A DNA stretch of 64,000 nt from Anthoceros angustus. Lineage: Eukaryota > Plantae > Anthocerotophyta. The translations under genes and the position numbers were made by a program. The first letter of the stretch is position 1. The number at the start of each line of letters is the position of its first letter. The DNA lies in contig VJWM01000116.1 of assembly GCA_010909165.1 (NCBI GenBank), positions 1 to 64,000 of the forward strand. Reading direction: 5' to 3'. The notes under the pieces are model-generated. The model was not told where the DNA came from. It saw nothing but the letters and a program-made list of their open reading frames with translations, and made no database searches. Below, piece after piece: positions 10,258 to 24,300 of the stretch.

Positions 10258-12844
10258 TGTTAGAAGTGATTTATTACAACATATCAAAATATGTTATGAA
10301 GAGTGCCCTAAAAGCAGGTTATGAAGAGTGCCCTAAAAATAACATACTTGAAAGTCATGCATCTTCTAGAAAGTATCTTCTAGAAAGTCCAAAAAGTAAA
10401 GGGCAAGGTCAAGTAACCAATAGGATTCAAGGTCAAGTGACTAGTAGGATCCAAGGCTAGGACTATATAAGGCCAAGCCCACCTACTTGTAAGGTGTGGT
10501 GTGTGCAAGTGTCCTTGTGTGCTTGTGTGCTAGTTTCTAGTGTACCTAGTGCATATAACCCATATTGTATGGGAGTGTTGTGCTCCCTTTCTATAAAGGC
10601 TCAGCTCTTTTCCTAACTTGATATCAGAGCCATGTTCAAGAGCCTTGTAGAAAGCTCCTTGCATTGTTGCCCAAGTCAAGTCCTATTGCATAGTTCTTAG
10701 CCTAGAGCTTGTGAGAACTTGTGTGCAATTGGAAAGGTCTTGATACTCATCTTGGTAGTGCATGTGAGTGAGGTGCTTTGGTCTTCAAGGTCAATTGTAG
10801 GGAAACTAGGCATGCCGTCAACAAGCATGGAGACACGTCTAGTGGAGAAGTTTAGAGGCACGAACTTCAGATTGTGGAAGTTGAAGTTGAAGATGCTTCT
10901 CATCAACCGAGGACTATGGAAGTTTGTCGACAATGGCCTCGGAGAAAATGGAGAACTTTGGAGGCACGAACTTCACATTGTTGAAGTTGAAGATGCTTCT
11001 CATCAACCGAGGACTATGGAAGTTTGTCGACAATGAGAAACACCCACAGTGGACAGATGGGCGGCGGCGATTCTCCTCAATGTGTCCGATGACATACTCT
11101 CTCAATTGAGTGAGTGTGCAACATCAAAAGCGTGGGCGACCCTGCAACACGTATGAGAAGAAGAGCTTGGTGAATGAGATGTTGTTGGAGCAACAATTCG
11201 CCAACTTCAAGATGGTCGAGGGTGACACCATTCAACAACACGTCAACAAGTTGAAGAACTTGGTGGATCAAATGAAGGCGGCGGACGTCAAACCTTACGA
11301 AAGAAAGGTTATCGTGGTGTTGCTGAGTAGCTTACCATCCGCGTACAAGCAATTTGTGTTGGCCTTTAGAACGTCGGTAGCGATGCGTCCAAGCGACCAA
11401 CCACCAACGTTGGATGAGGTGGTTGGGTTGCTCCTACAAGAGGAGCTGGAGAATTCCTTCAAGAAAGAAGAGAATGGAGACTCGGTGCTCTTCTCAAAGA
11501 AGGGAACAACACGTGGGAAGACTTCACAAGCCAACTCTGAAGAAGGATCGAAGGAGAAAGGTGCGAAGAAAAAGGTGTGGGGTACTTGCCATTATTGCAA
11601 AAAGCCTAATCACTATGCCAAGGATTGTAGGACAAGGTTGGCTGACCTGAAGAAGAAGGGAAAGGAGTCACAAGCCAATCAAGTGAGTGAGAAGGAAGAA
11701 CATCTTTTATTTGTCTCAACATAGAAAAGAATCGACAACTCCATCAAAGAAGGATGAGAGTTTGTACCTCGACTCTGGAGCATCTCAACACTTCACCTAC
11801 AACCGGCCTTGGTTCTCAAGCTATGAAGAAATGCCGGCGGGGCATAAAGTGGCGCTTGGAGACAATAGGTCACACGAGATCAAAGAAAGAGGTGTGATTA
11901 AAGTTCAACTCCCTGAAACTAACCCTGGACAATAGCAGTTTCAAGCCGTGAAGAGGATAATGAGGTACTTGAGTGGTACAAAGCATTGGAATTTGGTGTA
12001 TCAACGAGCATCGCGGGGAAGTCCGAGTGGTAGGATATTGTGATTCGGACTAGGAGATGTTGATAGTCGTAAGTCTACGAGGATATGCGCTTATCTTTGA
12101 ATGGGGAGCCATTTCATGGAATAGTAGGAGACAACCCTCGTGGCTCTATCCTCTGAGCGAGATATGGCAACATGCTCTGCGGTCATGGAGGCGATATGGT
12201 TGCGTAACTTGCTAGAGGAGATGGGATTCAAGCGAAGGAAGCAACAACAATCTTCAACGACAATCAAGGTTGCATCTTCTTAGCCAAGAATGCAACTTTT
12301 CATGCTAGAACCAAGCACATCAAGTGAAACATCACTTTATAAGAGAGAAGGTAAAGTCAAAAGAGGTAAAGCTAGAGTATTGTCCAACAGAGACATGCGG
12401 CATATTTTGACCAAAGCCTTGACTTTAGAAAACATGCTAGGTTTAGCAAGATGCTAGGCCTAAGGGAATAATTTTGATATGTTGAGTGGGAGTGTTAGAA
12501 GTGATTTATTACAACATATCAAAATATGTTATGAAGAGTGCCCTAAAAGCAGGTTATGAAGAGTGCCCTAAAAATAACTTGAAAGTCATGCATCTTCTAG
12601 AAAGTATCTTCTAGAAAGTCCAAAAGTAAAGGGCAAGTCAAGTAACCAATAGAATTCAAGGTCAAGTGACCAATAGGATTCAAGGCTAGGACTATATAAG
12701 GCCAAGCCCACCCTAGTTGTAAGGTGTGGTGTGTGCAAGTGTCCTTGTGTGCTTGTGTGCTAGTTTCTAGTGTGCCTAGTGCATATAACCCATATTGTAT
12801 GGGAGTGTTGTGTTCCCTCTCTATAAAGGCTCAGCTCTTTTCCT
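10258..12844 (+). mobile_element. Internally deleted Ty1/Copia retrotransposon
   Basis: Similar LTRs at 10258-~10617 and 12493-12844; degenerate iMet PBS TGATATCAGAGC at ~10619; gag with CCHC knuckle (CHYCKKPNHYAKDC); protease YLDSGAS; then a direct jump to the RT-end/RNase H (AVKRIMRYL, HARTKHI); PPT GAGTGGGAG. Confidence 0.93.
11110..11724 (+). pseudogene. Copia gag C-terminal part with zinc knuckle
   Basis: LLSSLPSAY...CHYCKKPNHYAKDC. Confidence 0.85.
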
Positions 12845-14249
12845 CTGGCAGGTCGGGCGGCCCAGATTCCCATGACAAAGGCGAGCGGCCTCCGTCTTCC
12901 TTCCAGTTGCCCGGGGATCCGTGCGCGTGCAATGGAATCCCAGATGTGGCGCCATCGAGTTTCGTGCTGCTTTGGTCAAGGTGGAGATCGCCGCCTTCAG
13001 CCAGGGCGACGCCCCTCTCGAGCCCGGAGCTAGCGGTCCCCACGGTCTACATGTGCGATCCGCTGTCGGGGACGGGCGGCTGAATCCAGCCCCCGCAGGA
13101 CGTCGGCGAGAGGCTACGGAGATCCAAGATCTTCCATGTCGTGGGCCTGGTGACGCAGCCCAACAGCCCGCACTACCAGGTGTATGGGCTCCACAGCCGA
13201 GGCCCCGCGCAGGTCTATGACTCCGGCACCGGCTCCTGGACGACAACCCACGAGGTGGTGCCGCACATCCTCCTCCCCGGCGCGTGCCCAGCGGCGGTAT
13301 GGGAAGAGGCGGTTCGGAGGCTATCGTCTTGTCGTGGATGCGAGCCGACTATGTGTTCAGGAGGGGCCACATCCAGTGGTTTCACCACCCTGGGTTGCTC
13401 AGCAGAGACATATCGGAGGGTGGGTCTGAATTGCTTTTGGCGCATTTTCAGCTGGCGTCCCTCAAGCCCATCACGGCGTGGATGTGCACGACTACGGTGG
13501 TGGGCCGGGCCTTGATGCTCACTCTCGTGCCACACGGCAGTTGGTAGCGACATTTTGACGTAGCACTGGTTGGAGGGTGAACACGGAGACGTTGGAGCTG
13601 GAGGTGGTGGCCAAGCTAACCTCCGACCTGATGGAGGAGTGGGGCCTCACCATGTTTGTGCCCGTGTCCTGGTTTGTGGCTGCTGACGGTCTGCTGCATA
13701 TCACGCTCACGGATGTGCCCATGCAGCTTGTGTGTAACCTGCTGGATAGGGAGGTGTATCCGAGCGTGGTGGTGGATGCCCATCAGTCACCCAACTGCTG
13801 TGGAGGACTCAGGGAACTACGCCGATCCGCTCACCTCTTGCACAGGGCGCCTTCATCCACTGGCGGTGAGTATATACATGAGAGCTTGACTGACAATGGG
13901 TGAAAGCTCTGCTCGATGCATATGATGTATGTGTGCACATACACGGGATATCTCCAGGAGCTCGATAGATAGCTGTAGAAAGACTTTCCTTTCTTATACC
14001 CGATAGATCTTGTATGCACATAGATGGGAAATTGGATCAGGTTAGGAGACTTCAAGTGTTGCGTGCTACTAGTTTAACTCGGAGACAGTTGAATGGGACT
14101 CCACATGCCTTAGGGCTTTTGTTTACCAGAAGGTGAGCTCGCCGGATCCTGGCAGGATTGCAAAATCCGAAATGGGTGTCGTAACAGCTGGAACCGTGGG
14201 CAAGCAATGGCTGCAAGGGAAGCTTACCGAGGCCAACGTTGGGCCCTGG

Positions 14250-15150
14250 AATCCTTGATGTAGACAGGCTGTCACATTCCTCAGTCTCTTCTGTATGCTG
14301 TGCTCAAATTGTGTGCAGCTAAGGAGGATCAGGCTATGGTGCGACCCGTTCATGATCTCACTGTCAAACTTGGGTACGAGTCAAGCACATATTTGGGAAC
14401 CACATCTTGCGCATGTATGCATGTCAAGGTAGTTAACTGGAGGCCATGAATGGGTTCATATGGTGTTCCATAACCTCCGCACATGCTAAAAATGAGGGCC
14501 TTATGAGGCCATACACCTGTATGTACCTTGAAATGCTTACCCCAGGGTGAAACTTGGTGGATGCGCACGTTTTTGCAGCTGCTCTTCAATCTTGCGCAGT
14601 TTTGGCCGACTTGGAGTCTGGCAGAAAAGTGCACTGTGATGTGTTGCACAGGGCCATACCTCGTGACTTATTTATTGGCCCCTGACTGGTGGAAAATGTA
14701 TGCAAAATGCATGTGGGGAAGCCCAGAGTTGCCTTGAGTTTTAACGCCCAGCCTAAAAGAATTTATTCGATGGTGACATGGACGGCCCTAATTGCCGCTT
14801 GCTCGGACTGTATGGTCCAAAGGAGCAGGAGGTCCTGATTTTGGTTTACCACATTTTGGCATGTTACTTTTGCTTGCCTTATGAATGCCTGAGCAAAGCT
14901 GGTGCCTTACAAAAGGGCAGACAGATGCATTCAAAGATTGTGGAATGTGGTAGATGACATACTGGTTGGCATCTGCCTTGTGGACATGTCCAGAATGTGG
15001 CGGACTGGAAGATGCACACCCAGCGCCTTTTGACAGCTTGGTCTCAAAGGATGTGGTGACATGGAATGCCCTGATTGCTGGGTATGCAAATCACGATCTC
15101 ACTGTCATGATCATGTGTTGGTACCTGCATGGTGGATATCACTGTATGCA
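14250..15150 (+). pseudogene. PLS-class pentatricopeptide repeat (PPR) pseudogene
   Basis: Motifs DAHVFAAALQSCA..ADLESGRKVH, MYAKC, VTWTALIA and FDSLVSKDVVTWNALIAGYA across frameshifts. Confidence 0.8.
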
Positions 15151-15582
15151 AAATGTGGACTGCAACAAATACTAGACACAATCAGTAGAGATACAGAACG
15201 AAAATTGGAACACTGATCATTTTTGGGGACCACGTCCAAATGTGAGCTGGTGATAATCCTCATTCCGGTCGTCACGATTTTGGTTTCCTTTCGTACTGAA
15301 AAGGCCCCGGCTTCCTTGCTAAAGTTTGATGGATGGGGAAGATTTCAACTGGATGATGCATAACAAAAGTTGGTTGGAACAAAGTTTTCTCAACGGACAG
15401 TTTTTTCAAAGTCTTGAATTCATGTACATGAGCAGAAGGCAATCACGCTACTTTCAACCATTGAGGAAATAATGTGACGGATTGAACAAAGTGCCGAACA
15501 ATCTACCCCAGGTTTTTGGAACAATGTGCTGAACAATGTACCGCAGATTATCTAACAGTTTCAGCATGCAGGCATCGGAGCA

Positions 15583-15796
<214 letters not shown>

Positions 15797-16009
15797 ACTT
15801 TTGTGCGAGTCTATTTGTCAAGTCCTTAGTCTTTCATCGAGTCCTTAGCCTTTTTTTAGTCTATATATATGTGGATTGGTGGCTTGAACTATATCTTTAT
15901 CCTCTTATTCCGTGAGTTTTTTCTCAACTCTGTTTTGCTTTTGCCTATCTTGTTTTATTTTTATATTGCAAAGAATAGCTACTAGGCTATTGTCATCCTA
16001 GCGTACAAC

Positions 16010-18600
16010 ATGGAAGACACAGAATCAGATTCCGAGCTTTGACAACATGCCAAGTCCCAACAACTCTAGAGATATACTTGGTTAGGTTTATACCTTGTCG
16101 CAACAACTCCTAAGATATACTACTTTGTTAGTTATACCTTGTGGGTTATACATTTTTTCTTATTTACTTTTTTGCATCACTTCTGTTTACTTTTGCCAAT
16201 GGTGATCAATAATCTAACAGTTTCAACGCATGCAGGCATCGGAGCTAAGCTGAGATTTGACCAAGGCAGAATGGGTACTGCAAATACTCCGGAGGTCTCG
16301 ACAAGGGATAAGGGACCATCATTGTCTGATCCAAAAGGCTTGCAAGAGGGTGGAGGAGTGGACACCGGAGCCACCAAACTACATGGAAGAAGTTGTCTCG
16401 GGCGCATCTAGCAGCTGGTCTGCCCATTCATCATCCAATGAAGAAGAAGCTGACTCAAGTGCATCCAGCAGCTCGTCTGACTCAGGTCCATCTAACAGCT
16501 CGTTTGACTCAGGTGCGCAATCTAGCCACAGCTCGTCTAGCCAGCCATCATACGACGATGCAGTCGATTGCAATGAAGAAGGAGCTAGCTACGATGAAGT
16601 TGATGCCGCTAATGCAGGTCATGGTAGTGAAGGTGCACATGGCCATGTTGACATGGACAATTATGATGCTTGGAATAGCTATGATGCCGCTGATACCAGT
16701 GATGCTGTTGATATCGATGGTGCTGGTACCGCTGATGCCGTTGATGCTGTTGGTGCCGTTGATAGTGCTGGTGCTGCTGATGGCATTGGTGCACCTTTGC
16801 AACCACAACCTAAACGAAGAGGACGTCCTCTTGGTTCGAAGAATAAGCCAAAGAATGGGAGCAATATTCTTTTGCAGCCAAAACAGAGAGGACATCATCT
16901 AGGTTCTAAGAATGAGCTTAAGAATGGGGGCAATATTCCTTTGCAGCCAAAACGGAGAGCACATGCACTAGACTCAAAAAGCAAGCCAAGGGATCCTTCA
17001 AGGCCCATCATCACGATCGGTGCACCCAAAGGTAGGAATGCAAAAATTAAAAGTAGAGGTGCACCTAAGCCTTCTCATGCACATGGAGCTGCTACAGGAT
17101 CCTCTGTAGATAATAGCAACCAGCCGATTCAAAAGAAACGTTCAAACACAAAGGAGAAGGAGGAACGGCAAGCCTTGAAGAAGCGAAAGGAACAATTGTG
17201 CAAAGAAGTATGGAAGGTAGACCCACTTGATAATGAGGGGAACATAATTATTGACTATGAGTTGAGTAACTCTACAAGCGAACTAGAAACCTTCCAAAAT
17301 TTTCTAGGCATGAGGGATGCGAATTTGGATGGCAGTAACGAGGATGAAAGAATGAATCCTCCTAATGCTGCTGGAAATAGGGGGCTCCTTGATTGGTTAG
17401 AGGCATCTCTAAGAGAAAGTCGCCAGCAAGGTCAGACAACACACTATTCGCCAACGGAGAGTTTGCGTGTTATCCCCAAAGTTTGCGCTGTTGAGATGAC
17501 AATGTTCAACCAAGGTATGATTGGTTAAATTCCATATATATGTAAGGATGAAGTGAAGCAATCTCTTTTTTTTTGGCAAAAAAGCAATTTTTTTCTTTTT
17601 ATCATAGTGAGAGGGTAGTCATACAGACTATAATTTCGGGATGCTAACATTGTTATTGGCGATCTCGAGAGGAAGAATGCAAGATCCTATGAGCATTGAC
17701 AGTTTCAATGCCCGTGAAGGTGTTGCTATAAGCCAAGAAAATTTGAATGCTCGTGAAGGTGTTGCTATAAGCATGGAAAATTTGAATGCCCGTGAAAGTG
17801 TTGCTATAAGCATGGAAAGTTTGAATGCCCGTGAAGGTATTGCTATAAGCATGGAAAATTTGAATGCCTCCGAAGGTGTTGCTTTAAGCATGGAAAATGT
17901 CAATGCTTTAAGCATGGAGAGTTTGAATGCCCGTGAAAGTGTTGCTATAAGCATGGAAAATTTGAATGCCCATGAAGGTGGTACCATTGAAGAAATGAAC
18001 CATGAGTCGATGATACGAAGTTCCTTGGACACATGGATACAAGATATTCATCATAATTTTGAGACAAGACACTCTTTGGGAGAATGTAACATATTTACCG
18101 AAGGTACGAATCTCATTCCGTATGTAGGCTTGTATGAAGATGAAGCAAGGGCTAATTTATGAAGCAAGGGCTACCTTTTCTTCAATAGAGGAACTCATAC
18201 ATGGTACTTGAATGCTCCATGCGAATTGACACAGGAACTACTACTATGAGAGGGCCGAGTTCCTTGGACACATCAATGCTCGATACTTATCATGACCTTG
18301 AGAGAAGACACAATTTGTGAGAACTTGGAACATCCACATGATGTACGAATCACATTTCTTAAGTAGGCATGTACTAAGATCAAGCAAGGTCAACTTCTTG
18401 ATGTTGAGCAAGATGTCACTTGTCCAGCAAAGGAGGCAAGTACTACGGGCCAAGATGTAGGTACTATGAGGAGTTTACGCACATGTGTTCATGCAATATT
18501 GTCACGATGTTCGGTACTACCCCCGTTCGATCTCCAGCGAATTTGAGTGTCTCATTGCTGGTGAAGGTTCATACAGCTCTTTGCACAAGCTTCACTTTTG
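16010..18600 (+). pseudogene. Spliced, decayed gene for a low-complexity AT-hook protein with 13-aa repeats and a CxC (SWIM-like) motif; probably TE-derived
   Basis: ORF 16257-17528 contains KRRGRPLGSKNKPK plus two degenerate copies; apparent GT-AG introns (~16081-16220, ~17515-17607); NAREGVAISMENL repeats; THMCSC at ~18480; in-frame TGA/TAG stops consistent with C>T changes. Confidence 0.5.
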
Positions 18601-21256
18601 CGCTCTCGGTTGTCCATTCGTGTTAGGACATTGTCTTCTCGAGATGCTGGGGGTAATCTCATTTCGCTTATCAATTTGCAGCTCTCGATCACATCCATTG
18701 TTAGGACATTGTCTTCTCGAGATGCTAGGGTAATCTCATTTCTTAGTTATCAATTGCTTTAATATGAAGTATGGATCCACGAAGAAACTATGATGCTGAA
18801 AAAGGAACTCTTGAACAATCTTGCAATCCGTTGTCCGGTTCTAATAGTTTCAGCAATTTCTTTTGTTTGTTGGCTATTGGCCCTTCTTTTCAAAAACGTA
18901 GCTTTTGCATATTTTGCTCCAATGGGATAGGCTGCTGATTCTCCTTCGTGGGATTAGCTGTTGTCGGAATTGATCGATACGTCGCATCCAGACCCGATGT
19001 CTCATCCGGGGCATGGGCATTGGAGGCAGGATGGCGGTGATTGACGGTTCAGAAATGGGGGTGCACTCGTGGGCATGTATGCCAAGTGTGAGAGCTTAGA
19101 GGATGCCTTTGATACCTCTATGCGTCATGCATACGCCTTGAGTCACGCATCACCATGGAGTCACTGCTGATCATGTTCCATTCGCTGTCTGAAGGCATGT
19201 GGCTTTGGAGCATTGCGGATGGGCCATCGGTTCATGCTCGTGATCGAGAGAGGTTTGGAAGGGATGTTGTTGTGGGGAGCTGCGTGGTGAACATGTATGC
19301 AAAATGCGGAGCTTAGACGATGCCGCGAGTGTTTTAAAGTCGCCAAGGTCGGACAACACATTATTCGCCAACGGAGAGTTTGCATGTTGTTATCCCCAAA
19401 GTTTGCGTTGTTGAGATGACAATGTTCAACCAAGGTATGATTGGTTAAATTCCATATATATGTAAGGATGAAGTGAAGCAATCTCTTTTTTTTTGGCAAA
19501 AAAGCAATTTTTTTCTTTTTATCATAGTGAGAGGGTAGTCATACAGACTATAATTTCAGGATGCTAACATTGTTATTGGCGATCTCTGTAGAGGGAAGAA
19601 TGCAAGATCCTATGAGCATTGACAGTTTCAATGCCCGTGAAGGTGTTGCTATAAGCCAAGAAAATTTGAATGCTCGTGAAGGTGTTGCTATAAGCATGGA
19701 AAATTTGAATGCCCGTGAAAGTGTTGCTATAAGCATGGAAAGTTTGAATGCCCGTGAAGGTATTGCTATAAGCATGGAAAATTTGAATGCCTCCGAAGGT
19801 GTTGCTTTAAGCATGGAAAATGTCAATGCTTTAAGCATGGAGAGTTTGAATGCCCGTGAAAGTGTTGCTATAAGCATGGAAAATTTGAATGCCCATGAAG
19901 GTGGTACCATTGAAGAAATGAACCATGAGTCGATGATACCAAGTTCCTTGGACACATGGATACAAGATATTCATCATAATTTTGAGACAAGACACTCTTT
20001 GGGAGAATGTAACATATTTCAGGTACGAATCTCATTCCGTATGTAGGCTTGTATGAAGATGAAGCAAGGGCTAATTTATGAAGCAAGGGCTACCTTTTCT
20101 TCAATAGAGGAACTCATACATGGTACTTGAATGCTCCATGAATTGACACGGGAACTACTACTATGAGAGGGCCGAGTTCCTTGGACACATCAATGCTCGA
20201 TACTTATCATGACCTTGAGAGAAGACACAATTTGTGAGAACTTGGAACATCCACATGATGTGAATCACATTTCTTAAGTAGGCATGTACTAAGATCAAGC
20301 AAGGTCAACTTTTGATGTTGAGCAAGATGTCACTTGTCCCGACAAGGAGGCAAGTACTACGGGCCAAGATGTAGGTACTATGAGGAGTTTACGCACATGT
20401 GTTCATGCAATATTGTCACGATGTTCGGTACTACCCCGTTCGATCTCCAGCGAATTTGAGTGTCTCATTGCTGGTGAAGGTTCATACAGCTCTTTGCACA
20501 AGCTTCACTTTTTGCAGCTCTCAGTTTGTCCATTCGTGTTAGGACATTGTCTTCTCGAGATGCTGGGGGTAATCTCATTTCTCAGTTATCAATTTGCAGC
20601 TCTCAGTCTGTCCATTCGTGTTAGGACATTGTCTTCTCGAGATGCTAGGGGTAATCTCATTTCTTAGTTATCAATTGCTTTAATATGAAGTATGGATCCA
20701 CGAAGAAACTATGATGCTGAAAAAGGAACTCTTGAACAATCTTGCAATCCCGTTGTCCAGTTCTAATAGTTTCAGCAATTTCTTTTGTTTGTTGGCTATT
20801 GGCCCTTCTTTTCAAAAACGTAGCTTTTGCATATTTTGCTCCAATGGGATAGGCTGCTGATTCTCCTTCGTGGGATTAGGTTTCGAATTGATCGTCACGT
20901 CGCATCCGGACCCGATGTCTCATCACGTGTGGGCATTGGAGCGAGGATGGCGGTGATTGACGGTTCAGAAATGGGGGTGCACAGGTGGGCATATGCCAAG
21001 TGTGAGAGCTTAGAGGATGCCTTTGATACCTCTATGCGTCATGCATACGCCTGAGTCACGCATCACCATGGAGTCACTGATCATGTTCCATTCGCTGTCT
21101 CGAAAGGCATGTGGCTTTGGAGCATTGCGGATGGGCCATCGGTTTCATGCTCGTGATCGAGAGAGAGGTTTGGAAGGGATGTTGTTGTGGGGAGCTGCGT
21201 GGTGAACATGTATGCAAAATGCGAGCTTAGACGATGCCGCAGTGTTTTAAAGTCGA
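17417..21256 (+). repeat. Head-to-tail tandem duplication, unit ~1.92 kb
   Basis: 17417-19336 is nearly identical to 19337-21256; the junction lies on the shared microhomology AAAGTCG. Confidence 0.92.
17702..17980 (+). repeat. 39-bp coding minisatellite (second copy at ~19625-19902)
   Basis: TTTGAATGCCCGTGAAGGTGTTGCTATAAGCATGGAAAA about 7 times. Confidence 0.9.
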
Positions 21257-21359
21257 AGAGCTCGGTGACACGGAATCACGGTTGTTGCAGCCCTGTCGGC
21301 CACGGATAAGTCGAGGCTTTCCTGCTACCACCAAATGCTGATGGCAAGCATCCACCAAT

Positions 21360-24300
21360 TCTTAAGCTCGGAGGTGAAGAGTACCAAAAACTTTGCCTTA
21401 CGGCTGCACATTCAGCAGTTCTCCATTTATATCCACAGCCATGGCGGTGGCTCGTGACATCGTATCGGGCAAGGTATACATATGTGTCCGTATGTTGCCT
21501 AACACTCGTATATCGCCTAACAACTCACCGGGGGATGAAGTGGTTTCGCCTCGAACGACGGGAGGCATGGTAGGCAAGGCGTCGTCACAATGGGAAAGGT
21601 TGCGGCGGCTCCCGGTGGCCTCGATAGAGGATAGCGCCCAGTACGAGATATTCAAGAGGCAGTTTGGTGCGGTGTTTGAGGATGCGGTCCACTTCATACA
21701 TGGGTTTTCCAAGTCCAAGACGGGTGGAGGTCGGGAAGGGAGGGGCCTAGGAACGGCTTTAGCAGGAAGTGTGAAAGACGTTGTGGCACTTGTAGGAAGG
21801 AGGAAGGGCGAGGCGATAGGCCGCGGGGCCGATGACACTGTCTGAGGAAAAGGTCCGATCCATCGATCGGCCAATTTCCGGATCCAGTACCAAGGAGTGG
21901 GGTAGAAAACGAGTAGACAATAGCACCGATCGCCGAGGAAAATGTCGGTGGTCGTCGATGGCGGTTGGTTTGTAGGATCTGCCGATTTTGTGCCTCAAAC
22001 ACATGTTGCCGAACTTGCTGAAGAACCACTGTTGGAGGAAGTCCATGGCGCAGGTCGTCAGCAGCAGCAATGTTAACATGGTCCTGGGATGAAATCCATA
22101 AAGAGCAAAAAGGGTGTTGTTCTGTCTTTGGCATTCTTAGAGTTGTTGAAAGCAAACTCGCTAAATGTAGATATTGCTCCCATTTTTCCTGCGAGTCGAC
22201 ATATGCTCAAGAAGATCTTCAATGGTTTGAATAGCCCTCTGTAGCTCCATCGGTCTGGGTGGCTTCTGTTGATAGATACAATTTAGTTTGTAGTCCGCGA
22301 TGCATAGCTTGCCAAAACTGAGAAGTAAACCGGGGGTCCCGATCACTTACTATACTGTGAGGCAAGCCATGGAGCCTGTAGATATAACGAAGGTATAGCT
22401 CAGCTGCATCCATCGCTGAACATGCTTCTGTAGTGGGGGCTAAGTGGATCATTCTCGTAAGTTTGTCGGTAAACACAAGGATTGCATCATATCCCTGGGG
22501 GGTCAAAGGTAAACCCACTACGAAATCAAGAGTGACTTGCTCCCACGGAAGTAAGGGAATGGGCATAGGCTGAAGAAGACCAGGTACCTTAGTCCGGGGA
22601 GCCTTGATCCGTTGACAAATGCCACAAAGATGGATCCAAGTAGTGACATCATCTACCATTTTCGGCCAGTAATACCGTACCTGCAAGTTGTAAAGTGTAC
22701 GGTGAATGCCCCGATGTCCTGCAGAGGGAGTCTCATGAGCCTCCTGAAATAGTATAAGACGAACATGTGGTAGTGGAGGAACATAAAGCCTACCACGAAA
22801 TGAAGAAGACACATCGATTGAGTCCATGCGGTTCCGGTATCCCAACTTGCGAGATCCTTAGCAGTGCGTGTAAGCGCAAGGAACTCATCGATCCGTTTCC
22901 TTGTACATTAATAGCGTAGTAATAGTTGTTAAGCGAGGCAGGCATCCGCCACACGATTATTCACGAAATATGTTGAACGAAAAGTTGTATTCTTTGGAAG
23001 TGCTCACCCGGTGAGCTGCTTCCTACTCAAATGTGTTTGAGTTTGAAGATATTCGATGGCTCGTGATCCGTCTCTAAAATGAATGGGGTGCCCTCCGGAC
23101 ACCACCTCCATTCCTTGAGAGCTAAAACACAGCCAAGGTTTCCTTTTCATGGGTGGTCCGATTAAGTTCAGCCCCTTTCAACTTGCGACTAAAATATGCT
23201 ATAGGTTGTCGCCCATGACCTCTATCTTGCAACCACGATGGCAACATCGGAAGCATCGGTAGTGACTATAAAGGAAATCTTTGGGTCGGGGTAGATGAGC
23301 ACAGGCGAGATTAAGGCATCTTGAGGTCTTCAAATGACTCCATTGAGCCCGCCATGTCCACATTGCGCCTTTTGAGTTAACCCGTAAGGGGCTGCCCGAT
23401 GGGAAAACGCTCTATAAATTTCCGTAAGATACTAAGCCGAGGAAAGATTGAACGGACAGATCTAGGCAGCCATTTTGTACTACACATACCTTTTAGGGTC
23501 CACTCGTATCCCATCTGAAACTATGTGTCCAAGGTACTCTATCTTTGGTAAGCGAGAATTCACACTTCGCTTTGTATGAATAGCTTCGCCTCCGTAACCT
23601 AAGCGGGACTTCTCGTAGTAAAGTAATATGCTCCTCTCGTCTTCTTGTAGATGAGTATATCATCTAAATAAACCAACACCCCTTTCCGATTAAATCACGC
23701 ATAGTGTCGTTCATCGATTCTTTGGAAAGTGCTAGGAGCATTAACCAAACCAAAACTCATGACTAGCCACTCATAGTGCCCATCCCTCGTGTTAAAAGTC
23801 TCTTCTCGATGTCTTCATCAAGTCGGATTTGGTGATACCCGGCTGCCAAATCTAACTTCGTGAAGTACTTGGCCCCTTGCAATTGCTCAAGCATCTCATC
23901 AATCCGTGGTAGGGGTAGCAATTTCGTTTGGTGATATTGTTGAGTCCTCTATAGTCCATGCACATCGTAGTCCCTCTTTTTTTGCCGTGAAGAGAATAGG
24001 GGCCCCATACGGAGACTTTGAAGGACGGATGAATCCTTTACGCAAAGGGCTTGATCGGCATCGAGCTTCCTCCAATTCCGTGGGTGATAATCGATACAAT
24101 GAGCGGTATGGGGCTTGATGCCCGAGTGAGTCGACTCTATCTTATGATCCATGCTCTGAGGGGAAGCCTTGGTGGCAACCCTTGAACAACCACATCTTGA
24201 AACTCCTGGCGGTCCCACTTGACCTCACGAACTATCCACAAGACCTTTCTTATCTACAACATCTTCTCGAATCAAGCTGAAACGCCACAACTTCATTATC

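Larger units (their letters stand above)
6515..13950 (+). pseudogene. F-box / F-box-associated-domain gene disrupted by a TIR element (7264-9380) and a Copia element (10258-12844)
   Basis: F-box motif ELPSEVLLHIFCRLPVRQVFRLRLLSKEWKRVI at ~10060-10165; FBA-like motifs VYMCDPLSG and AQVYDSGTGSW after the Copia; several stops and frameshifts. Confidence 0.75.
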
